Assembly (NCBI GenBank): GCA_003344405.1
Contig: NOWV01000132.1
Location: 186,001 to 212,883 of the forward strand
Origin: Trichoplax sp. H2
Lineage: Eukaryota
Direction: 5' to 3'
Length of the DNA: 26,883 nt
This document shows, piece after piece, positions 1 through 11,699 of this stretch. Both the position numbers and the translations under genes were made by a program. A model generated the notes under the pieces. The model saw only the letters and a list, made by a program, of their open reading frames with translations, was not told the DNA's origin and made no database searches. Positions within the stretch are counted from its first letter, which is position 1, and every line of letters begins with the position of its first letter.

Positions 1-24
1 TTCTCGACCATTTTCTACATCATC
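1..24 (-). CDS. GKAP-domain exon C, truncated by the window edge (DDVENGRE...)
   Basis: TATAG acceptor at 25-29, phase 0; position fits the loop preceding the DLxGFWD helix. Only 8 codons are visible. Confidence 0.6.
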
Positions 25-1605
25 CTATAATATATCCGATTCGATTGATTGTATTAATATGGATACTATAGTATTCGTTATAAATGACAACATTAGCTCT
101 TTTAATCGACACTATTATAGTGCATAGATATAATAGTCAAATCTTGGTTGTGATTTCTTGCATGAGCAATTTCTACTCTTCTCCATAACTATCACATTGT
201 CTTTCTTAACATCAGTTGCAATAAAAAAAGCGACATACTCTTGGTGATAGCTAGTTTAAAGCTATGGTCAATTATCACACCTTTACAATGCTTACGTAAG
301 CTATGCCATTTGCATGAAAGCATGATCTCAAATCTTCACAATGTACTCTATAACAGGTTGTGATAATTTGACGAGTCTAACATAACCAAGTACTACTGCC
401 TCCTTCCACTGCTAGTTCTATGTCATACCGTAATATCGTCTACATACAACACTGCTCCATCTTAAGCTAGTATACTATTATTTTTAGCCATGATAAAAAG
501 CTGCTAGTCACTGTAATATCTAGAAATGATTCATTATACTATTAGGGAAAATACTACAATATCGTCTACATGGATCACCATTATCGGTCTATTGAATCTC
601 CAGCTACTACACAAAAACCGCTTTTAGCCATGATAAAATGTTCAAGACTATTCTAATCACTTGAATATCAATTACATTACCGAGTCTTAAGCTACTACAC
701 AAAACTGTTGTTAGCCATGATAAAAGGTTCAACATCATCCTCACCACTTGAATATCAATTATCAAGATGTTGAAATGATCCATTTTACACTATTAGCGAG
801 CGAGTATACTATACAGTATCGTTTACATGCATCACTAATGATCGAGTCTCAAGCTACTACACAAAAAGCATTTTTAGCTATGATAAAACATTCAAATGTA
901 TCACTTGAATATCAAGATGTAGAAATGATTCATTTTTATACTATTAGCGAGCGAGTCTACTGCAATCTCGTCTACTGTACATGATGCATGCATCACCATT
1001 ATGGGTTTATCGAGTCTTGAGCTACTACATCAAAACCGTCTTAAACCATGATAAAAATATTGCAGACTATCCGAATTACTGGAATATTAAAATCTAGAAA
1101 TGATCCATTTTTTGTAGTTTTTCCATGTTATACCATTAGGAAGAAAAACTGCCGTCAAGACTATGGTAATGCTACTTGTATTCCATATGTAGTAATTTTG
1201 ATACAATGATTATAAGCGATAATATGAAAGCACTTACACTAGTACCACATAACTTCCTAAACTGTTGAAATTTCTTATTCAATAAAAGACCTGATTTGCC
1301 GATAGCAGCACGTATTCTTCCCAATGCTGTCCAATAACAACAATAATATGATGATGTTTTATAATTGATGAAACATTTTCATTCTGCTAGGTATCCATTA
1401 TGATGAATGCAAACACTAGTATTTCTATCCACTAGTGTCAAAAAATAGTGCTATGGTAAGGAAATGGATAGCAAGTACCATGTCGTTTTTACCTTCATCG
1501 GGGACATTTTCTTCATGAGCGACACCTTCCCAATATTGACAAAGACTTTTGAGTCTTTCTTCTTCCTTACAAACTATATCGAGGAAATAGTTTCTATCCA
1601 TTGAT
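1..1605 (-). CDS. GKAP-domain protein of the DLGAP family (SAPAP/GKAP or HURP/DLGAP5-like), partial. Exons 1605-1493, 1326-1238, 24-1; continues beyond the window, 5' exons unresolved
   Basis: Spliced translation SMDRNYFLDIVCKEEERLKSLCQYWEGVAHEENVPDE|ALGRIRAAIGKSGLLLNKKFQQFRKLCGTS|DDVENGRE matches the GKAP helical domain pattern (F...E.ERL...C..W/M......LG.IR.A.G...LL...KF.QF..LC). Both introns are GT-AG and phase-compatible. The expected DLxGFWD motif would lie just outside the window. Confidence 0.88.
455..1110. repeat. Degenerate intronic tandem repeat, ~90-170 bp units, ~5 copies
   Basis: Core gctactaca(c/t)...ccatgataaaa recurs at 603, 691, 853, 1021 (more diverged copy at ~465); lies inside the DLGAP intron 25-1237. 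Confidence 0.8.
1238..1326 (-). CDS. GKAP-domain exon B (ALGRIRAAIGKSGLLLNKKFQQFRKLCGTS)
   Basis: CAG acceptor, GTAAGT donor, phases 1->0; most conserved part of the domain seen here. Confidence 0.9.
1493..1605 (-). CDS. GKAP-domain exon A (SMDRNYFLDIVCKEEERLKSLCQYWEGVAHEENVPDE)
   Basis: TAG acceptor at 1606-1608, G|GTAAAA donor, open frame. Confidence 0.87.
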
Positions 1606-3134
1606 CTAATTTAATAGGTTGAAACAAAACACATTGCAAGTCAATTTAGGCATTTTCTATTGATGATGGTTGTTAGGCATAGGATAGGTTAACGAATAAA
1701 TTTTGAACCTTTTACAATATGAACAAAAAAAGTCAACCAAGCAATAACTCTTTTAAGCGTTAATCCTAAAGGGTAAAATCAACTAGAGGCTATAATCGTT
1801 TTTATTTCGTTGACATTGGATTTTTTCACTTGGACAATGGTATCGAGTTGTCAATAGCAGCTGGTTTTAAATGATAGCTTATGCGTCAAGGTAGAGATGC
1901 TTTCTGTATGCCTCATGAATGGCACTAATTTCATCAAAAAGCTCATCTAACCAAGCTATTATTGTCATTAAAGCAGTAGGATAGGAAATTACCACTCCTA
2001 CGACGCATATTTTATTTTAGCAATTAATCGTTTAGCATGGATGTTATAATTAAGTTATAAAATCACTGCTTGACAATGTAATAACAAGATTTTAACTAAA
2101 TCACTGTTATCATCCTTCTCGTCTTGGCAATGATTCGTCTATTTTCAATCAATATCGCCTACTTTGACAGATGTAATTGACTGCCCATAGGGAAAGGCCA
2201 AGACTAATTTTGTTGATCAATGTAGCAGGCCTTGACGATGACCAATAGTTGCAATTGCACTTTTGGGGGGTTTTGATTATTGGAAAAAAATCAGCACCAC
2301 TACAATGGTGTCTTGACAAGCAATAAGGCTAATCAAAACTAAACAACAACCACTGCAAGATCTCCTTCTTTTTCAATCTACTTCCATGTTGTAAACTGGT
2401 GTCAAGAGAGAAGCATTGATCATACTATCTTGTCTTATCATTATGCTGGATCAGTAGCTCAACCAAATTGCCTAAAGGAAAGGTAGCAAATGTGTAAACA
2501 ACGAGGATAGACCGTATGCTGCAACATATGTTTATTGACATCAATGATGAAATTTGGCTTTTTCTGAATAATGATTATCATGGACATTCTTCTCTTGATG
2601 ACAGTGTATCTATTTTACTGTCTATTTATATGTACGTTTACCCTTGATGATATCCCTCGATCAATGGACGGGGATAGAAAGTGAAATCGAGTCCGTTCAC
2701 TAGTCATGTCGATCCCCTAGATGTACTATGATAAAAGTGGTCTAATTCTTCTTTTCCAAGATGGGCATGCATGGTTGTACCTTTCACTATGATTATTGTC
2801 CATAGAACTTTATTCTATAATTGGGTGGCAATACTTGTTTTCCTCTCCAGCTGACTATTGAAATGAAGCAACTACGGCCAATCATAAGCCTCAATGTTGA
2901 TTGTTTATTTGCATACAATTTTCTCTTGATGCTATGACATAAAATTATCCCTGATGGCAATCAAGATAACTTGATTAATAGTTATTGTTGTATGCTAGCA
3001 AGGGGTTATAATGTAGAATTTTTTCAATCGATTGTAGTCCATTTCTAGCAGTCAAGAAAGCAAAGCTTCATAACCCTATCAACATGTCTTTTTACCTGAT
3101 CTGACTGCCAGCAAGAAATAGCAGAGTAGAGGTA

Positions 3135-3485
3135 GAGTTAAACTGATCCCGAAACACATGAACAAGGACATGTCAAAACATCCAGTTTGCTTATGCAATG
3201 AGGATTGTATTTCTTGCATTCGATGCTCCTAGTGGATGGAGTTAAGTTGATCGCAAAGGATGCAATAGCATAACATGAATACAGACGAGTCAAAATACCG
3301 ATTTTGCTTATGCAATAAGTATTTGTATTTCTTGCAATCGATGCTTATAGCGGAGTTAAGCTGATGGCAAAGGATACAATACGAGTAGAATAAAATGAAT
3401 CAAGACGTGACAAAATACCCCTTTTCCTGATGCTATGAGAATAGCATTTCTTGCATTTGATGCTTATGGAGAATAAGCTGAATGA
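3135..3485. repeat. Degenerate tandem repeat, ~119 bp x ~3
   Basis: atttcttgca..gatgct..gagttaag recurs at ~3209, 3327, 3446. Confidence 0.8.
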
Positions 3486-3914
3486 TAGATACTACACGGT
3501 TATTCTAATGAAGAAGAAAATACCATTATTTTATGCTATAGTAGCAGTGGAAAGAACATGAATCAACGGCCATTTTAATCGAACCTTTGGTCTCACCGGG
3601 TAGAAATAAAGTACGGTAGATGGAATAGATCGCAACGCCTCGAAGAGGGCTTTGCTTAAGCATCTTGCCCATGATGTTCTTCCAGAGTACGCTGACTCAT
3701 AGACAAGTGCTAGGGAAAGCCAGGTTGTACCGGCAAGAAATACCTCCTACTGCATATGTCCATCGACAGCAGTAGTCTACCCATTTAGAATTAGAATGGA
3801 TACAAGATAGACGAGAATAAAATAGAACTTTGCCATAGTTCAAGACCCTGCTTGGGATGGTCTTATGAGATCGTAAAGTGCTAGAAATGTATTGATACAA
3901 TTCCAAGGAGAGGG

Positions 3915-4590
3915 ATGATTATCATTCAATCTGTCTAGAAATGGAGGCCTCTGGAATCAAGTCCCCACTAAAACATAAAATTCTCCTTTTTGGGTTCTTT
4001 TAACTCATGTCGATTATACTTGCAAACAACTGGCAAGGATAAAATCCAATTGAAATAGGAACGTAGTGGGACCATGGCAAGGATAGCTTATCATCATTTA
4101 ATCTCTGCAGGAATGGAGGGCAGAGTAAACCACTTGCAAAATCATGGTCGATCAATTCTTACGTAACGTTAGAAGTAAGCAGTCAAGGATAAATTTCATT
4201 GCAAAATGAATGCATTGAGACTATTCCAAGAATAATCTATCATCATCATTCCATCTCTGTAGGAAGAGAGGGCAAATTAAACCACTTGAAAAGCCATGAT
4301 AGATTCATTCTTACGTAGGCTTAGGGGTTAAGCAGTCCAAACTAAACTGCAAAACCAATGCATCGAGACCATTTCAAGAATAGTCTATCATCATCATCAT
4401 CATTCCATCTCTGTAGGAAGAGAAGGCAAAGCAAACCACTTGAAAAGTCATAGTAGATTAATTCTTACGTAGGCTTAGGGGTTAAGCAGTCCAAACTAAA
4501 CTGCAAAATCAATGCATCGAGACTATTGCAAGGATAGGCAGAATACTCCATCTTCATCATCATTTGATCTCTCGAAGAAGAGAGGGCAAT
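3915..4590. repeat. Degenerate tandem repeat, ~150-170 bp x 4-5
   Basis: atcatt..atctctgtaggaagagagggc..aaaccacttgaaaag..ttcttacgtaggcttaggggttaagcagtc; the copies at ~4240 and ~4395 are near identical. Confidence 0.8.
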
Positions 4591-5036
4591 CAAATCAAGT
4601 TAATAAAATCAAACAAATCCTCCTTTCTCAATGCTTTGAACTCATGTGGATTACGCGTTTACAAACAACTTGCCAAGTTATGTCTAGCATGGATAGTCGG
4701 TGGGTTCAATAACATCATCCAGTGGATTAATTCATTCATTCATGATAATTAGTTGTTAGTTTAGAGGTCAATCAATCTATGGATAATTGGCCATGACTTT
4801 ATTTTGATTCTGGTATCGGGTTGTGTGATTACGTCTAATTGAGCTCATAGAGTGGGAATTCTCCCATCTTGATCATCTTGGCAGGGGGACGTTGTCTACT
4901 TTTGACGTCGAGAAAATTCGACTTTTCCAATCAATCCTACTAATAAAATACAAACTAACCCGACGACTACCCCTCTTAGTCCTCAGACTCTTTCTAGAAA
5001 GGCATGATTTACAGTAGTCTTCATTACCAACATGGC

Positions 5037-5700
5037 GATGAAAATGAACTTGAGATTGCAATCCAAGTCTAGATTTCATGTTGTGGCGTTGATAAATACT
5101 GCGGACAAATACAAGTTAGCTGGCACAAAGAGCAGGCATTTTCTCAGTGATTTTAGCCTGTATTCACGGCAAAGAGATGGATGAAAATCAACTTAAGATT
5201 GAATCCAAGTTGATTTTCATCTTGTAGTGTCTAATCAATACCAATGGTTCTCCATCTGAGGATTCGCATGGCGATTTTAGCCTGGATGAAAATAAACTGC
5301 AATGGAATCCAAATGCATTTTCATCTTGCAGCGTCTAGTCGGATTCCCCCACCCCTGTTGGAAGCCATAATCCAACGATGGATAAATACGACTAGATCAT
5401 TTACTGCTGTAGAAGAAGTAAGCCATGATGATTGTATAAACTCACTAGCCAGCCTCGATCAACAACTTGATGATGAAGAAAAAGAGACGGGAGATTCAAT
5501 TGAAGTCTATTCTCAGCTTTGTAGAAGGGCATGAATTAGCTTGCCTATCCATGCCTTCATGACTGTTATCCTACTCCATTGATCGACCAACCACTATAAT
5601 CGCCATCCTCCTTGATCATCAAACGCGCTCTCTAGCCTCGATTAACGGCATGATGGACCCAAAAAATCAACTCAAGATTCAATCCAAGTGCACTTTTAGT
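5037..5700. repeat. Dispersed hairpin-forming ~45-bp motif, 3-4 copies
   Basis: gatgaaaat.aact...gatt..aatccaagt...tttcat at ~5038, 5180, 5285 and partially ~5662; the copy at 5180-5221 has perfect 15-bp inverted arms. Confidence 0.65.
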
Positions 5701-6714
5701 AGTTTACGTATATTTTGACCATTCATCTGGTTGGTATCCTATAGCTTGCATCGAGAACGTTGTCCATTATTCATTGGTGATGGACGATAGTCCACTCATC
5801 CTAGCATGGTTTAACTTAGGGTAAATATGGATGGATCGTATCGCAACCGTGGATAAATGGACAGTCTAAGCAAGACTATCCATGCAGTACTACTGGATTT
5901 GAATGCTGTCAATTGTCATCTAGCCTTGATGCTTTTAAAATATCGTCATGGATGAAAGTGTTGACTAGTAATTTTTGACGTCTGTTGAATCAAGACAGAT
6001 TAGTCATGTCGTCGCAACAATCTGCTGACAAATACAACCTTGTGTTATGACTACGTTTGAATGGTTTGCATGCACTATCCGACTACAAAATTTGACAAAT
6101 TTGTCCATTTTCGACATCACGGCAAGATCCAATCCAAGACAGTCTATCCTTGGCATCGTTTCTTGCTTTGAAATATGCCTTGTCCTCGTCGATAGAATGA
6201 ATGCAATCTTCTTTCTGTATCCTTTCTATCGCCAACTTGACGATGAGCAAGAAGGACTGGATCGATCATGGCAGCAATGAATCCACTACAATTGCTATCC
6301 GCTGTTTGTTATCCTATCCTTGAACTACTCGATCTGATCCATGGCCAAAAGAAAGCGTGGAGTAAAAGCCCTCTTTGCGTTGGACGATACCTTGTCGATA
6401 CGATCAAATCAACTTGCTTTCCGATAGAAGAAATACCCTAGGATAGCTGCTATCCTCTTCAAGAAATAAACACGATGGCAATTGGGTTGCTCAATGGGCC
6501 ACCAGTAGGAATACAATCCTTATCCTATAGATCAACAACGCGATCCAATCCATCGCCATAAAAAAAGAAGAGACTAAACATCGCCATCGTCTGTTGATGA
6601 TAGCTTACCGTCTAGGTTTATTTGCAATCAAGGCGCTTTTGCTGGAGGAAATATTCCCGTTACCATGAGCATGATTTTTTTTTTAGCCCGTAAGAAATGA
6701 ATTGGATTGCCCAC

Positions 6715-7140
6715 TGGATCAATGGGCCCATTGGTTACTATGGCTAAGTAGTAGCAAGGCGATGATAAATCTATGGATCAATCACTTGATCCGATCCATC
6801 ATAACAGAAAAGAAGAGATAATTTAACCGGCATCCAGTGTGGATGGCAGTTTTCCAGCTTGGATGAAACTCCAATCAGCGCCTTCCCGCTAGAAGAATTG
6901 CCCCTTTACTTTAACACTACAGTACAATAGTTTCGCCTTTTAGCCGGCAAGAAACAGCTATAAATCAATGGGCCCCTATGGCTAAGCAGTAGTAAGGCGA
7001 TGATGATCCTATGGATTAACAACTTGATCCAATCCATCCTAACAGAAAAGACGAGACAGACCAATCTGCCATCCACGGTGGATGGCAGATTGGAGACTCG
7101 ATCAACTGGAAATCAACGCGTCTTCCCTTGGAAGCAATGC
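6715..7140. repeat. Diverged ~245-bp tandem duplication
   Basis: atcaatgggccc..ctatggctaag.agtag.aaggcgatgat...acttgatcc.atccatc.taacagaaaag at ~6718 and ~6964. Confidence 0.75.
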
Positions 7141-7164
7141 CCGCCGTTCATCCTATTAGAGCAA

Positions 7165-7945
7165 GTTGATTGTCAGCAATGGCTCAAGCCTAGCAATCGG
7201 ATCCTGTTGAAACAACAACAACGTTGTCTAATCCATCCTAACATGAAAGAAGGATCAACTGGATCAACCATCGTCAACGATGGCAAAAGTTGATCAAGGT
7301 GAAGAAATGCCCCCCCTCCATCCATCAGAATGAAGATCGATCCGATTGCTACTGGATCGATTGATTGTCTCCAATGGCTCAATAGTAGCAATGCTATCCT
7401 GTTGAACAACAACAACACTGTGTAATCCATCCCAACATGAAAGAAGAATCAACTACTCCTGTATCACCATCGATCGATGCATCCATCCATCCTAATGAAG
7501 AGAAGAAGTAGCTGGCAGAAAGCAGAAAGAGATCGCCTTACTTACTACTGGATCGATTGATGATCTTCCATGACTCAATGGTAGCAATGCTATCCTATTG
7601 AACAACAACAACACTGTGTAATCCATCCCAACATGAAAGAAGAATCAACTACTCCTGTATCACCATCGATCAATGCATCCATCCATCCTAATGAAGAGAA
7701 GAAGTAGCTGGCAGAAAGCAAGAAAGAGATCGCCTTGCTACTGGATCGATTGATGATCTTCCATGACTCAATGGTAACAATGCTGTCCAATTGAACAACA
7801 ACAACACTGTCTAATCCATCGCAACACGAAAGAAGACTCAACTACTCCTATTTTGGCATCGTTGATGGTAAAACTTGATCAACGTATCTGCTGATGGAAG
7901 AAATGCCCCCCACCGTCCCTTCCATACTTGCTTTCGTCCCCATAA
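7165..7945. repeat. Tandem repeat, ~190-195 bp x 4
   Basis: ttgaacaacaacaacactgtgtaatccatcccaacatgaaagaagaatcaact recurs at ~7208, 7402, 7598, 7791; the central copies are nearly identical. Confidence 0.88.
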
Positions 7946-8021
7946 GCAAGAAGAAAGCGATTGGATTGCAACATTGATGGCCCCCCCCAACAACTGCATC
8001 CAAGCAAAACGATCAACATAC

Positions 8022-8136
8022 CTGACAACGATTTTCTACCCCTCTTGCTCGTGTTCTCCAAGTCCTCCTTCTCCTTGATCGAATAGCCAGTCAATGCAGC
8101 CAGTATGGACTCTATCAACAAGTTCAACGATTTCAA
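8022..8136 (-). CDS. Candidate coding exon of unknown identity (LKSLNLLIESILAALTGYSIKEKEDLENTSKRGRKSLS), possibly a 5' exon of the DLGAP-family gene
   Basis: Non-repetitive, protein-like open frame between a TAG acceptor and a strong CAG|GTATGT donor, ~700 bp downstream of a promoter-like patch. No homology recognised. Confidence 0.35.
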
Positions 8137-8784
8137 CTACATGTGCAATAGCAATCTAATTGCCATCGACGATTGCGAACTGCTTGAATTCAATTTGATT
8201 TCTCCTCCACTTGCCAAGATTGCCTTGACTACACCACCAAGACCCCGGGCAGTTTGACCATGGGTGGTCCAACCGCCCGGTGTAGTAACCATGTACGGTG
8301 GGCATCACCGTGGTCATTGCCTGGTGAGCCTACTGCTTGTATAGTGATCAATAGTGCATGGAGACATGTTTGCGTACTAGGACTAGACAAGGGTGAGTGC
8401 GGCGTGGTGACGTGACGCTTTGGATGTCAGAGGATGGTATTCAATCTAGTCTGGAGTACTGTGTCCCATGTAAGAGATTGCAATGGTAGTCTTAGACCAG
8501 ACACAATGCAAAAATGCAGTCGATGGCACAGATTGGGGTAGGCCCTAGTCTGTCTGTCTGGCCCCAGTCTGTCCATCATCCTCAACGATCGTATTTTAGG
8601 CATTTCTACGCCTTTAAGCAAACCGATAGATGGCCTACAGCCTTGAAAGACATCTATTCTCTTGATGACACTAGGCAAAAGGAGGAAAACTCCAACTCGA
8701 TGAGTGCAAAACAACAATTGTAGCCATCCACACCGAGCTTGCCGGTATGGCCATATTGGAGTACTTTCAGCCCAGACTAGTCAG

Positions 8785-8895
8785 ACCGGCACGGTAGGGT
8801 ACGGTACGGAACGCAAGACGGTACCGTACCGTAGACACCAACTAAATGACGTCACTTCCAGCGACCTCGCTGTAGTCATAGCAACCAATTCGGTC
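8785..8895. promoter_or_regulatory. CpG-rich promoter-like patch with overlapping CRE/ETS-like motif and TACGG/CCGTA inverted repeat
   Basis: TGACGTCA (8847-8854) overlaps CACTTCC (8853-8859); tacggtacgg (8800-8809) and ccgtaccgta (8824-8833) are reverse complements; CCAAT at ~8885; local CpG enrichment in an AT-rich background. Confidence 0.5.
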
Positions 8896-9614
8896 ATTCT
8901 CTTGCGCCGAGATGAGCTAGACGAAAAGAAATGTTGACATCGAGGCTGGCAAACATAACAGTATTTCAAGGCCATTCTACTCTAGTATTTTATTTCTTTG
9001 ACATTGTACAATCATAGCACAATCGTGTTAACACAGTAAGATCGATTAAGCTAGACTCCAACTGTTATTGATTCTTCCTGGACATGGGGCAGTTTACCAC
9101 ATGATGGCTTCCAGTCGTTCATTTATGGCCAGGTATTGCCAACATCAAGCTTGGAAGAGCGTTCATGATCAATCAATCAATCAATCGCCAATGTGGTGTA
9201 GACTCGCTACTGATTCGCTCTATTCCTAAGTGGTTAGAAAGGCTTACGTGCATAAATTCAATTTTAAGCCCACTATCGCAAGCGAGGAATGAATCATGTC
9301 GAGAAAGCTTTCACTCGAGTAGGAGCACATGTCCTTTTTCCAAAATAGGATCAGGCTCTTAATATAGACTCTGCTATTTTAGGAATATTGGTATGCCCAT
9401 AAACACCAATCAATTCTCATTCGTGGTTACTTTTAGAGTAATGCAAACTACAAAGTTATATCCAATTCTTCCATTTCAATAATTTCACAAAATAGCGTGT
9501 CAACAAGGCTGTAGTCATGAGCGCAATCGGACAGCTCTAAAAAATAGCTTATTTGCAGATGCGTCAGGATGTATTGGCACGGCCGATACTATCAAGATAG
9601 TCCTACAATATAGT

Positions 9615-10815
9615 TAAAATTGATCTCGATCAATACCATCAAAGTATTTCTACAGTTGTAAAATCGTACAAGTATTATTCATATCAATCTCGAGATGTCC
9701 TGATGACCAAAATTCGGTCAATACCACCAAGATATTTCTACAGTCAAGATCCAATACAAGTATTATTCAGATCGATCTCAGGATGTACTTGTGCGGCAAA
9801 TTCGGTTCGATCAATACCACTAAGATATCTCTATACCCATAAAGTATAAGTACTATTCAGACCTATCTCAAGATGTACTTGTGCGGTAAATTCAATCAAT
9901 ACCACCAAAACACTTCGATAGTCATAAAATTGTACAAGTATTATTGAGATTTATCTCAGGATGCACTTATGCAGTAAATTAGGTCAATACTCCAAGACGT
10001 TTCTTTAGCATTATTCGGATCGATCTCACCATGTACTTGTGCGATCAATTCGGTCAATACCACTATTATTTTCGTGGCAATAAGCAAATACTGTACTGCA
10101 TCTATATATAACAACCACCAAGACACTTTTACAGTTACAAGTACAAGTAGTATTCGGATCGATCTCACGATGTACTCGTGCTGTCAATTCGGTCAATACA
10201 ACCAAGATATTTCTACAGTTAGAAGTACAAGTATTATTCGGATCGATCTCACGATGTACTTGTGCTGTCAATTCGGTCAATACCACCAACACATTTCTAC
10301 AGTTACAAGTACAAGTATTATTCGGATCGATCTCACGATGTACTTGTGCTGTCAATTCGGTCAATGCCACCAACACATTTCTACAGTTACAAGTACAAGT
10401 ATTATTCGGATCGATCCCACGATGTACTTATACGGTCGGAATGAATATAATATATCTATTATATAAATTCAATTCGGTCAATGCCACCAAGATATTTCCA
10501 TAGCCAGAAGTACAAGTATTATTCAAATCAATCTTAGCATCAGATAGATACTACCTAGCATGTATTTATGCGGTCAATTTGGTCCATACCACCAAGACAT
10601 TTCTACGTCCAGAAGTGCAAGTATTATTCAGATCGATCTCAGAATGTACTTGTGCGTAAATTCGGTCAATACCAACAAGACATTTCTGTAGCCAGAAGTA
10701 CAAGTATTATTCAGATCGAACTCAGGATGTACTTGTGCGGTAAATTCGGTCAATAACACCAAGACATTTCCGTAGCCAGAACTGAAGTATTATTCAGATC
10801 GATCTCAGGATGTAA
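9615..10815. repeat. 84-bp minisatellite, ~13 copies, with internal dyad symmetry
   Basis: gtacaagta at 10141, 10225, 10309, 10393 (period exactly 84); edge copies are degenerate; short unique insertions at ~10055-10110 and ~10435-10470. Confidence 0.92.
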
Positions 10816-11699
10816 TGCTATAGGTTACTGACGGCAGTGCCATAAGCTGATTACCATAAAACCATATCACGTATTTGGATATACCCCAAGCCATGTCTTG
10901 ATTTCAGTACTGCGACGAGTTAAATTACAGCACATTATTCCAATATTTGCACAAGTGCTATCAATACTACCCATGACATACGCGTGCTTTAACACAATAG
11001 CAAAAATTAATCGATGAAATCATTCATTACCGGTATTCAATAGCATTAAATATTCATATATCATGTTGAATGCTGATAGTAATAATTAATTGTACTCAAG
11101 ATTTTATATTAAATTGCTGTATTTCAAATTCAGAACATTGTTCAGTCTTGATCAATTTATCGTAGTAATCGAAAGTAAAAGTTTGCATATTAATTAATGA
11201 ATATTGTTCATTTTAATTGATTATAGATTGTCACCTCCCAAGAAGATGGTGAAGAACACAAGGATGATGATGATAATAATGTTAACTCATGCTATTTACT
11301 AGTAATTATTAAATGTATAGCCTTTCAACCTTTCAAAATTGCATTCGACGATCTGCATTGAGCAACACTCGCTACGGGTACACACTCCAATGTGAATCGA
11401 TCTTATAGGCCCATTTTAGAGAGGATCATTTTGCGACAATGTGTAAGCATATCAATGAAAGTAATAACTTGAGTAACGATTGTTAATTCAAGACTAACTT
11501 TCGTTTTATCCACAACTATATTTCAAGCAGTAATCACCACATCACCAGATAGACAAGGTATTGTCTCTCTATCCCATGTGTCATAACCAATACTATTATC
11601 AAGCACACCTCTTTGCGTAAATTGCTTCAAATGGATGCACCATTGCATTAATGATAAGTCAATGCTTCATCAGACAATCTATTTCTTCTAATTGATCCT

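Noticed and set aside
4873..4936. Candidate minus-strand terminal exon (IDWKSRIFSTSKVDNVPLPR* or LIGKVEFSRRQK*)
   Set aside because: Two frames are equally plausible and neither is recognisable, so it cannot be assigned.
10026..10466. 116-130-aa ORFs with 28-aa repeats
   Set aside because: They result from the 84-bp minisatellite, are open on both strands and break in flanking copies.
8932..11445. Possible plus-strand gene from the 8.8-kb patch (e.g. TPTVIDSSWTWGSLPHDGFQSFIYGQ at ~9055-9132, faintly like the rhodanese VLDASW motif)
   Set aside because: Only one short motif-like match, and I could not build a consistent downstream exon chain; needs RNA-seq.
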